Under the pieces are notes generated by a model. The model saw only the letters and a program-made list of their open reading frames with translations, searched no databases and was not told the origin of the DNA. A stretch of 64,000 nucleotides of DNA from a virus. The position numbers and the translations under genes are program-made. Of the stretch, positions 18,356 through 26,558 are shown piece after piece (the stretch's first letter is position 1; each line of letters starts with the position of its first letter). The stretch spans positions 14,983 to 78,982 of the IMG/VR virus record IMGVR_UViG_3300031788_000007, one strand, 5' to 3'.

Positions 18356-19342
18356 ATGGGGAGGAAGTACATGGGGACACAGACACACAAAGTAGAAGTC
18401 GTGCGTATTCAGATCGAAGCGCATCCCAATGCAGATCGCCTCGATGTTGCCCGAATCTTTGGGTTTACCTGTTGTGTAGCCAGAGGCCAATTCCAAGACG
18501 GACAACTTGCCGCCTACGTCCAACCGGACTCGGTTGTAGACTCGGCGCGGCCGGAATTTGAGTTTCTAGTGGGGCATGAGCGCATCCGCGTGAAGAAGTT
18601 GCGCGGGGTGGTTTCGATGGGACTCTTGCTTCCCGCTCCCGATGGAGCGCAAGAAGGCGACGATTTGGCAGAGCATTTCGGCGTTACCCACTATGAGCCT
18701 CCGATCCCTGGAGAACGCTGTGGCGAGGTCGAGGGCGGTCCTGTCGGCATCTGGGCTCCAAAGTATGATGTGGAGTCAATGTACCGCTATAAGCGCCTAT
18801 TTGAGCCAAGAGAGCTTGTTGTAGCAACCGAGAAGATTCACGGAGCCAACAGTCGTTTCGTGTTCGCACAAGCCGAGGATCGGATGTATTGCGGAAGCCG
18901 CGGTGAGTGGAAAGCTCCGAACCCTGCTGACATTTGGTGGAAGGCACTTAAAACGAATCCTTGGATTGAGGAGTTCTGCCGCCAATTTCCAGGTGACGTG
19001 CTTTACGGAGAAGTGTTTGGAAATGTCCAGAGTCTCAAGTACGGAGCCGGGCCGGGAGAGGTGTTCTTCCGAGCTTTTGACGTGCTGAGAGGCAGCGCAT
19101 GGAGAGAGTACAACGACTGGACTCAATACATCTCGGCAGATCATCGCGTCCCGGTGGTCTATGGTGGAGCGTTTGATTTCGACATGCTCGTTAAGTTATC
19201 AGACGGACCAAGTTTGATACCGGGAGCGAACCACTGCCGAGAGGGGATTGTAGTGCGACCTATCCCCGAGCGCATCCATGAACACCTTGGCCGCATCCAT
19301 CTCAAGTTGGTTAGCAACACTTATCTGGAAAAGGAGAAGTGA
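18356..19342 (+). CDS. RNA ligase, DRB0094/Rnl5-like (N-terminal OB plus nucleotidyltransferase)
   Basis: IEAHPNADRL, KLRGVVSMGL, motif I EKIHGAN, YGEVFG, FDV, REGIVV, LKLVS. Confidence 0.9.
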   Translation: MGRKYMGTQTHKVEVVRIQIEAHPNADRLDVARIFGFTCCVARGQFQDGQLAAYVQPDSVVDSARPEFEFLVGHERIRVKKLRGVVSMGLLLPAPDGAQEGDDLAEHFGVTHYEPPIPGERCGEVEGGPVGIWAPKYDVESMYRYKRLFEPRELVVATEKIHGANSRFVFAQAEDRMYCGSRGEWKAPNPADIWWKALKTNPWIEEFCRQFPGDVLYGEVFGNVQSLKYGAGPGEVFFRAFDVLRGSAWREYNDWTQYISADHRVPVVYGGAFDFDMLVKLSDGPSLIPGANHCREGIVVRPIPERIHEHLGRIHLKLVSNTYLEKEK

Positions 19343-20538
19343 TGGCACCTATTCCCCTCCTTCTTGTTAGCGACTCCCCTGCGGCCCCAACAGGGCTTGG
19401 CAGGATCACGCGAGAGCTTGCAGTCCGCATCCACGAGAACCTGGGGGACACCTTCCGGCTGGCAACACTGGGCTACGGGGGGAACTATTCCAGCCGCTTC
19501 AAGTGGCCGCAGTATCAGATTTCCAGACTTGAAGCGTGGAGTGTTCCTGATCTTCCGAGGGTTTGGAAGGACTTCGCTGGCGACGAGAAGGGAATAATTC
19601 TGACCATCTGGAATCCTTCATGGTTGCCCTGGTTGGCCGATCCCGAGAAGTTGGCGCCGGGGACTTTGAAAGACTTCCTGAAAACGAAGCCGTTCGAGCG
19701 GTGGGGATACTTCCCCGTGGATGCGGAAGGCCCGAACGGGAAGCTGCCGGCGGAAGTGGAGATGGTAATTAAGGGGTTCGACAGGCCATTGATGTATACC
19801 CAGTGGGCCTCAGACCTTGTTGAGAATACGTGCGGCTTGAAGGTGCCTCACCTTCCTCACGGGACCGACACGAACATCTTCTATCCCCGCGACAAGAGGG
19901 AGATGCGGAAGACGTTCCTGCGGACGGTGAACGGCTTGGGAGAGCCGAAGGAAGGCGAGAACCCGATGCTGATGGCCGACAGCGTGTTCTTGGTCGGAGC
20001 GATTGCCACCAACAGCGCCCGCAAGGATTGGAACCTCTGCTTCGAGGTGTGCCAGGAGTTGCTTCGCCGCGGAGTCAACGTAGGTCTGTGGGCTCACACA
20101 AACGCTCTCAGCAAGCACTGGAACATCATGGGGCTGGCGAAGGCTTACGGGATGGAGGGAAGGATCGTTCCAACGGTCACGGAGCTTACAGACGAACAGA
20201 TGGCCGAGGCGCAGTGCGCTTGCGATGTGACGATAATGCCGAGTCTGGGAGAAGGTTTTGGACTGCCGATTTTTGAGTCCCTCGCGTGTGGTGTTCCATG
20301 TATCCATATCGACTACGCAGGAGCGGCTGAGTTTCTTCCAGACGAGTACAAAGTGAAGCCGGTTGCTTTTTATGGAGAGGGGTTTTACGCTAACCGGCGC
20401 CCTGTCTCTACCCCGTCAGATTGGGCAGACAAGATTCAAGCGGCATACGGAACTAAGGCGGAACTGCCGAGCAAGTTGACTTGGGAAAATCTGTGGCCGA
20501 GGTGGAAGGCGTGGCTTGAGGATGGGGTAAATGGGTAA
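19339..20538 (+). CDS. GT-B (GT4-like) glycosyltransferase
   Basis: SDSP..PTGLGR, PHGTD...F.P, RKD, GEGFGLPIFESLACGVP. Confidence 0.9.
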   Translation: MMAPIPLLLVSDSPAAPTGLGRITRELAVRIHENLGDTFRLATLGYGGNYSSRFKWPQYQISRLEAWSVPDLPRVWKDFAGDEKGIILTIWNPSWLPWLADPEKLAPGTLKDFLKTKPFERWGYFPVDAEGPNGKLPAEVEMVIKGFDRPLMYTQWASDLVENTCGLKVPHLPHGTDTNIFYPRDKREMRKTFLRTVNGLGEPKEGENPMLMADSVFLVGAIATNSARKDWNLCFEVCQELLRRGVNVGLWAHTNALSKHWNIMGLAKAYGMEGRIVPTVTELTDEQMAEAQCACDVTIMPSLGEGFGLPIFESLACGVPCIHIDYAGAAEFLPDEYKVKPVAFYGEGFYANRRPVSTPSDWADKIQAAYGTKAELPSKLTWENLWPRWKAWLEDGVNG

Positions 20539-21346
20539 GATTATCGATCTTGAGGGTCAGAGGTTTGGACTACTTGTTGCTCGTAATCGAGCGGGTGTCA
20601 ATAGGCATGGACAGTCTCGATGGCTATGCCTGTGCGACTGCGGGGAAGAGACAATTGTGGTTATTGGTAATTTACGCAATGGCATCACGAGGAGTTGCGG
20701 ATGCTTGAAACACTACGTATGCCAAACAAAGTTTAGGACGCACGGAAATTCAAGCGGTGGAGTAAAAACACGAGAATATACAACATGGAGAAACATGCGA
20801 TCTCGCTGTGGAAATCAAAATAACACCGAGTGGAAAAACTACGGAGGTCGCGGAATATCTGTTTGCGAGCGTTGGGAATCGTTTGAGAATTTTCTTTTCG
20901 ATATGGGGAAAAAACCGGATGGGTTAAGCCTTGAAAGAGAGGACGTAAACGGAAACTATACCCCGGAAAACTGTCGATGGGCAACACCAAAAGAACAAGT
21001 AAAGAACAGGAGAGGAAGGACTAAATGTAAGCGAGGGCACGAACTAGTGAAGGGTAATGTCTATATCTCCGGTGGGACTCGACACTGCCGAAAGTGTGTT
21101 TTGGCGAGAACCTCCAAATCCAAGAAACCAACAAATCAGGTTAAGGCTAGAGAATCGTTGGCTTGGGCTGTCAGGTCAGGAAAGATGAAACGACAACCAT
21201 GTGAAGTCTGCGGAGATCCTCAATCACATGGGCATCACGAAGATTACAACCACCCATTGTTGGTATCGTGGTTGTGCCCAAAACATCACCTCGACAGACA
21301 TCATCAACTGCGTCTCCTTAAGGGAGTGAATGGGGAGACACTGTAG
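20531..21346 (+). CDS. Free-standing HNH homing endonuclease with several Zn-finger modules
   Basis: DLEGQRFGLL, CLCDCG, SCGC, YGGRGISVC, LEREDVNGNYTPENCRW, CKRGH, CEVCG..HHEDY..WLC; lower GC than flanks. Confidence 0.88.
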   Translation: MGKIIDLEGQRFGLLVARNRAGVNRHGQSRWLCLCDCGEETIVVIGNLRNGITRSCGCLKHYVCQTKFRTHGNSSGGVKTREYTTWRNMRSRCGNQNNTEWKNYGGRGISVCERWESFENFLFDMGKKPDGLSLEREDVNGNYTPENCRWATPKEQVKNRRGRTKCKRGHELVKGNVYISGGTRHCRKCVLARTSKSKKPTNQVKARESLAWAVRSGKMKRQPCEVCGDPQSHGHHEDYNHPLLVSWLCPKHHLDRHHQLRLLKGVNGETL

Positions 21347-21349
21347 AGA

Positions 21350-22774
21350 ATGAAGATTTGCCTCATCACGCCGCCGTCTCCCTTCTTGCTAGATCAGCGA
21401 GTATTCCCCTCACTCGGAATCTTGAAGGTCGCGGCGGTTCTGGAGCAAGCCGGTGTACAGGTGGACCATCTCGATCTAACCGGAGTGTCGAACTATGAAG
21501 AAGCTGCTAGGGAATATCAAGGAAATGCTGACGTTTATGCTTTTACCTCCACAACCCCGCAACTGCCAGCAGCTATTAGAATCCGCAGAGCAATTGGTGG
21601 ACGAAGCGTGCTCGGCGGTCCTCATGCAACACTCGTACACGCCGCAGCAAAACGTGGAAATTCAAGAGCTAAATCGGCACTGGAAGGCTTGCTTGCGGAG
21701 TTTGGAACCGTCGTTGCTGGAGATGGAGAGAAGGCTATCTTTACGGCGCTTCACTCGCGGGGACTGGTAGACGCCGACGATCCGAAGGGCATCCTTTGGC
21801 AGTCGTCTAAAGACTTCAGCGAGTCACCCTGGCCGGCGCGTCACCTGCTCGACATGGAGAGCTACCACTACAGCATCGACGGCGCCAAGGCGGGGCATTG
21901 CATCGGGCAACTTGGATGCCCCTACCACTGCACGTTCTGCTCCGGCCGTAATTCTCCCATGTTGCGCCAGATCCGGCTAAGGACGCCTGACAGCGTTCTC
22001 GCCGAGGTTCGCCACCTGTATCAAACCTACGGCTTCACCGGAATCAACTTCTTCGACGACGAGTTGAACGTGAACCGGGAGATGATCCCACTGATGCGCG
22101 GCATGGCTTCTCTGGCAAAAGAATTGGGTATCGAGTGGAAGTTGCGCGGATTCATCAAATCAGAACTGTTCAACGAGGAGCAAGCGGAGGTCATGTACGA
22201 GGCCGGGTTCCGCTGGATTCTGACCGGCTTTGAGAGTGGGTCTGACCGCATCTTGAAGAACATTCAGAAGATGGCCACCCGCGACCAAAACACCCGCTGT
22301 ATGGAGATTGCCCATACTCACGGATTGAAAGTGAAGGCGCTGATGAGCTTGGGCCATGCCGGAGAGTCTCTTGAGACGGTGATGGACACCTGTAGTTGGC
22401 TATTGGAGACGAAGCCGGACGACCTCGACGTTACGGTGATTACCCCGTATCCGGGTTCTCCGTATTGGGATGATGCAGTTCACCTCCGCGACAACGTGTG
22501 GCGATACACAGCCACCAAGACAGGCGACTTTCTCTACATGGAGGAGGTGGACTTCACACAGACAGCCGACTACTACAAAGGCGTTGCCGGGGAGTACGTG
22601 AGTCACGTCTGGACAGATGAGTTGTCGCAGAAGGATTTAGTCGACTCTCGTGACTGGCTGGAGTGTGTCACAAAGGCAGAGTTAGGGATTGCCATGCCTA
22701 CTAGCCAGCCAGCAATCGCTTATGAATCGTCGATGGGTATGACCTCAAAAATCCTTCGGAGTAGTGTAAAATGA
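21350..22774 (+). CDS. Cobalamin-binding radical SAM enzyme (class B methylase-like)
   Basis: PSLGILKVAA, LGGPHAT, GDGE, GCPYHCTFC (CxxxCxxC), FFDD, GFESGS, TPYPGSP. Confidence 0.92.
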   Translation: MKICLITPPSPFLLDQRVFPSLGILKVAAVLEQAGVQVDHLDLTGVSNYEEAAREYQGNADVYAFTSTTPQLPAAIRIRRAIGGRSVLGGPHATLVHAAAKRGNSRAKSALEGLLAEFGTVVAGDGEKAIFTALHSRGLVDADDPKGILWQSSKDFSESPWPARHLLDMESYHYSIDGAKAGHCIGQLGCPYHCTFCSGRNSPMLRQIRLRTPDSVLAEVRHLYQTYGFTGINFFDDELNVNREMIPLMRGMASLAKELGIEWKLRGFIKSELFNEEQAEVMYEAGFRWILTGFESGSDRILKNIQKMATRDQNTRCMEIAHTHGLKVKALMSLGHAGESLETVMDTCSWLLETKPDDLDVTVITPYPGSPYWDDAVHLRDNVWRYTATKTGDFLYMEEVDFTQTADYYKGVAGEYVSHVWTDELSQKDLVDSRDWLECVTKAELGIAMPTSQPAIAYESSMGMTSKILRSSVK

Positions 22775-23385
22775 GGGCATCAGGCGTTGTAGCGCCCGAC
22801 AAAAGTCACCGAGATAGGAGTCTCAGGATGCCCCATGACCAGTTTATCTTAGATCGTCACGAAGTATTCATGGAGAGGTTCTTGGCCAAAATTGAGGTCG
22901 TTGGTGAGTGTTGGCTATGGATTGGAGCCAAACAGAATCCACGAAGAAGCCAGCCTGTCGGTTACGGAGTCATGGTTGTTTGTCCCCGTCCGAGATATGC
23001 AATGTTAGCTCATCGTTTGAGTTGGGTGTTGCATCATGGGCTAATTCCAGAAGGTTTGGGAGTCCTGCATAAATGCGATAATCCTCCGTGTGTAAATCCA
23101 GATCATCACTTTCTTGGAGATCAGAAGGATAACATGGAGGATTGCGTAACCAAGGGTAGGAAGGAATATGGAGAAAATCACTCTCGGGCTACGCTTACCG
23201 AGTCTAAGGTTTTGGAAATCAGGAGACTCGCCGATTCTGGGGTAGGACTACCCGAGATTGCATCTCGGTTTAACTCTCCTCACCCCACGATTTGGGCCGT
23301 AGCTAAAAGAAAGTCTTGGAGGTATCTCCCAGAAGAATATTCGATGGGGATGGGATTACCACCGTCGATTCTAAGGACAACATGA
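22771..23385 (+). CDS. HNH homing endonuclease (HNH_3-like plus C-terminal HTH)
   Basis: CWLWIG, AHRLSW, LHKCDNPPCVNPDH..GDQKDN, GENH..LTE. Confidence 0.9.
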   Translation: MRASGVVAPDKSHRDRSLRMPHDQFILDRHEVFMERFLAKIEVVGECWLWIGAKQNPRRSQPVGYGVMVVCPRPRYAMLAHRLSWVLHHGLIPEGLGVLHKCDNPPCVNPDHHFLGDQKDNMEDCVTKGRKEYGENHSRATLTESKVLEIRRLADSGVGLPEIASRFNSPHPTIWAVAKRKSWRYLPEEYSMGMGLPPSILRTT

Positions 23386-23921
23386 ACATTGAACGAGCAC
23401 TAGCAACGGAAGGATTCATGGCTGAAAGCGAGTTGACCTATCTGGCCGAGCTTGCCACAAAGTCAAAGGCCATCGCTGAGGTTGGAACGTGGCAGGGAAG
23501 AAGCGCGATAGCTTTTGCGGAGAATACTCGGGGGAGTGTTCTTTGCGTCGACACATGGGCTGACAACGCCTACGGTAGCGCCTCCGCTGAGATGACGTGC
23601 CATCCAAACTGGCTGTGGGATGCGTTCATGCGGAACACGATTGATCTGGGAAACATCCACGCATGGCGCATGAACTCGGTCGAGGGAGCGAGTAAGGCGA
23701 AATCGTTGGGGATGACTTTTGATCTTGTCTTCATCGACGCCGGTCACAACTACGAGGATGTTGTTTCTGACATCAAAGCGTGGAGTTCAATGCTGGCTCC
23801 CGATGGAGTCTTGTGCGGCCACGACTATGCCGAATATCACCCCGGAGTGATGAAGGCTGTCGATGAACTCGTTTTGAAGTTCAGAGTAGTGGGGACGATC
23901 TGGACCACGGAGGGTGCATGA
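23382..23921 (+). CDS. Class I SAM methyltransferase (Methyltransf_24-like)
   Basis: EVGTWQGRS, FDLVFIDAGHNYE, GVLCGHDY. Confidence 0.9.
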   Translation: MNIERALATEGFMAESELTYLAELATKSKAIAEVGTWQGRSAIAFAENTRGSVLCVDTWADNAYGSASAEMTCHPNWLWDAFMRNTIDLGNIHAWRMNSVEGASKAKSLGMTFDLVFIDAGHNYEDVVSDIKAWSSMLAPDGVLCGHDYAEYHPGVMKAVDELVLKFRVVGTIWTTEGA

Positions 23922-24508
23922 GGTTTACGATCATCACCCCAACCGTTCAGCGCCAGAGTCTCCTGAAGGCTTGTGCGTCTGTGGATTCTCAGGTGGGAGT
24001 TGAGTGGGAACACGTCGTCATGGTGGACTCCGCAGAGTTTAATGCCGACATGATGCTCTCTCTCGCTCATCCCCGGAGGACGATTCTCCATTGCGACCGG
24101 CCGCATCGGAACGGAGGGAACACTTGCCGGCACAATGCCTGGGCTCTGGCGACCGGGGACTATTTCTTTTACCTCGACGACGACAACTACTTGGCCGACG
24201 AGAAGATTCTCGAAGACCTGTCGATTGCTTTGGAGCAGGCAGGAAACCCTCAGTGGGGAATCTTCCCGATCCTTCGTCACGGTCAGAGGTTCTATTTCAA
24301 TCCCCCGCAGCCCTGCTACGTTGACACAGGGAACGTCGTAGTGAGGCGGGAGGTAGGTAGGTGGCCCGACATCCCCGATTACTGCTCAGACGCGGTTTGG
24401 GTGGAGGGGTTGAAGCAGTATCCATTCGCGGCATTTCCCGATTCCAGGCCGATCATGGTGATGCCGGATTCTAGTTTTGGAGCAGGAGGAGGAATCAATG
24501 GGCAGTAA
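23918..24508 (+). CDS. GT-A (GT2-like) glycosyltransferase
   Basis: FTIITPT, ATGDYFFYLDDD. Confidence 0.85.
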   Translation: MRFTIITPTVQRQSLLKACASVDSQVGVEWEHVVMVDSAEFNADMMLSLAHPRRTILHCDRPHRNGGNTCRHNAWALATGDYFFYLDDDNYLADEKILEDLSIALEQAGNPQWGIFPILRHGQRFYFNPPQPCYVDTGNVVVRREVGRWPDIPDYCSDAVWVEGLKQYPFAAFPDSRPIMVMPDSSFGAGGGINGQ

Positions 24509-25199
24509 TCCAGTTTTGATCTTGACCCACAACTGCCTTGAGTTGACGAAGAAGTGCGTGGAGTCGGTGAGGAAGCAGGACGTTCCAACGTATCTCTGCG
24601 TTATTGACAACGGTTCTACGGATGGAACGGTTGAGTGGTTTCTTTCACAAGGAGTTGATGGAGGTTTGTGCAAAAGTTTTGTGAGCAACGAGGGGGTATC
24701 GGCGGGGTGGAATGTCGGACTCGAAATTTGTTTCAATGTGGATAAGGCGGATCATGTGCTTGTGGTCAACAATGACACGATCCTTCCACCATGGCTCTAT
24801 CGCTCTCTGTTGGCCTACGACGTGCCGTTTGTGACCGGGGTAAGTGTTGGGGAGATGGAGGCCATTGCAGCGCCACAGCCGCCCAAGGAACTCGCTCCGT
24901 GCCCTGATTTTTCGGCATGGCTGATGCGCCGGGACTGTTGGGATAAGGTGGGAAGGTTTGACGAGCGCATGAAGCACTACGCCTCTGATAACGATTATCA
25001 CGTCCGAGCGCACCGGGCGGGTGTTCCTTTGATGAACGCGGGAGTACACTTCTATCACGAGCGGTCTTCGACTCTGAAGCTGGCTCCTCCTGAAGAGCAT
25101 CTGGAGATTTGCCGACAGGCAGACGCTGACCGGGAAGTTTTCAAGAGCATCTACGGATGTATGCCGTGGGAGCCGGGATACGCAGAGTTGTTCAAGTGA
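24498..25199 (+). CDS. GT-A (GT2-like) glycosyltransferase
   Basis: VIDNGSTDGT, VNNDT, GRFDE..YASDND. Confidence 0.9.
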   Translation: MGSNPVLILTHNCLELTKKCVESVRKQDVPTYLCVIDNGSTDGTVEWFLSQGVDGGLCKSFVSNEGVSAGWNVGLEICFNVDKADHVLVVNNDTILPPWLYRSLLAYDVPFVTGVSVGEMEAIAAPQPPKELAPCPDFSAWLMRRDCWDKVGRFDERMKHYASDNDYHVRAHRAGVPLMNAGVHFYHERSSTLKLAPPEEHLEICRQADADREVFKSIYGCMPWEPGYAELFK

Positions 25200-25305
25200 A
25201 GAAGTTGAGACCGGGCATCCTCCGTTGGTTGAAGTATCAGCAGGAGGGCAGGAAGATTTTCAGGGTGACGGAGGCGTACCGTAGGTTTATCGCCAGGGAG
25301 GGGAA

Positions 25306-25488
25306 ATGAATCATCCGATAACGTGGGGAGAAGTGGTAACGGTCATCATTTGCATCTGGTTGGGGTTGCTTGTGCTTAGATTAGTCTTCGGAGTGATAGG
25401 AGCCTTGTTTATCCACCGGAAAGACATGAAGACCGACGAGGAAGTGGAAACGCATGAGCCATACGCAGGCAAGACTTTGGGCCTGTAG
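25306..25488 (+). CDS. Small single-TM membrane protein
   Basis: Hydrophobic stretch VVTVIICIWLGLLVLRLVFGVIGALFI. Confidence 0.6.
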   Translation: MNHPITWGEVVTVIICIWLGLLVLRLVFGVIGALFIHRKDMKTDEEVETHEPYAGKTLGL

Positions 25489-25501
25489 TCCAAAATTTGG
25501 A
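25489..25501. repeat. Dispersed palindrome copy 6
   Basis: Directly follows TAG 25486-25488. Confidence 0.97.
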
Positions 25502-25518
25502 GTGACAAGGAGAGTGAT

Positions 25519-25935
25519 ATGGGAGATATGCGATGGTTGAGAATGGAGTGGGTGAAGCCGTTTCCGATAGAACGCGACGACGGATACGGGGGAAAGATCA
25601 AAGTGGGCGTCCAGATGTTGCGGGCGCTGAGAAGCGATGGGCAACTATTCGAGGTCCACGTTGAAGTTAATGAGGTTCCGTTCGATCTTACCGTGAAGCA
25701 GTTGAGGTTGACCCTAGACGCCATGCTCGACAATCCAGCATTGCCGCCTTCGTTAGACGAAGAGAGCGGCTTGCCGATGACACGGAAGGTTCACTCAGAA
25801 ACCTTCAAAGGGCAAGGGAATTGGTTCGAGGCGGCAGATTGGGATAAGTGGGTCGAGTGGATGAATACTTATACCCCAACCCCTGACAACTGGTGGCTAT
25901 TCTCGTCATTTAAAGACAAGTTACGGGAGGCGTGA
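25519..25935 (+). CDS. Hypothetical protein
   Basis: AAGGAG RBS. Confidence 0.6.
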   Translation: MGDMRWLRMEWVKPFPIERDDGYGGKIKVGVQMLRALRSDGQLFEVHVEVNEVPFDLTVKQLRLTLDAMLDNPALPPSLDEESGLPMTRKVHSETFKGQGNWFEAADWDKWVEWMNTYTPTPDNWWLFSSFKDKLREA

Positions 25936-25936
25936 C

Positions 25937-26515
25937 ATGGGCAGACGCAAGGGATTTGGCAAGACCAAAGCGAAGAAGCTGCCTCCGTTCGAGTTGATCG
26001 ACCACGAGGCAAAGCCGCAACTGGAACCCTACAAACTGTTGGCCGAGATCAGGAAGGCCCACCACCCGGACATCAAAGAGGCGAAGATTGTTCTCGCCTG
26101 GCAGAAGGGCATCAAGGCCGACAAAGACGGTCACGTAATGCTCGGGAAGTGCATCAAGATCGGCGACCTCCAGAAAGAGCTTGCCGACTGGGATTTTGTG
26201 ATTACCCTCAACTTCGAGGTGTGGCAGTCGAGCGAGTGGACCCGCGAGAAGAAGCTGGCCCTACTCGACCACGAGTTGATGCACGCTGATGAGTCGCTCG
26301 ACAAAGACGGTGAGCCCAAGGTAGACGCCAAAGGCCGGCGGCAGTGGCGGATTCGGAAGCATGACGTTGAGGAGTTTTCGGCCATCATCGAGCGCCACGG
26401 AATCTGGAAGCGCGACCTTCAGCGGTTCGCAGAAGCCATTATGAAGACGACACAGAAGACGCTGGAGTTCCCTCCCGTGGCGGCCGACGCCAGCGAGCAA
26501 GTGGTGGTGCAGTAG
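25937..26515 (+). CDS. Putative phage metallopeptidase
   Basis: ALLDHELMH and KHDVEEF..II.RHG. Confidence 0.85.
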   Translation: MGRRKGFGKTKAKKLPPFELIDHEAKPQLEPYKLLAEIRKAHHPDIKEAKIVLAWQKGIKADKDGHVMLGKCIKIGDLQKELADWDFVITLNFEVWQSSEWTREKKLALLDHELMHADESLDKDGEPKVDAKGRRQWRIRKHDVEEFSAIIERHGIWKRDLQRFAEAIMKTTQKTLEFPPVAADASEQVVVQ

Positions 26516-26558
26516 GAATTCAGATGAAAGTCTACCGGCACAGCGGTAGACTCTTCTC

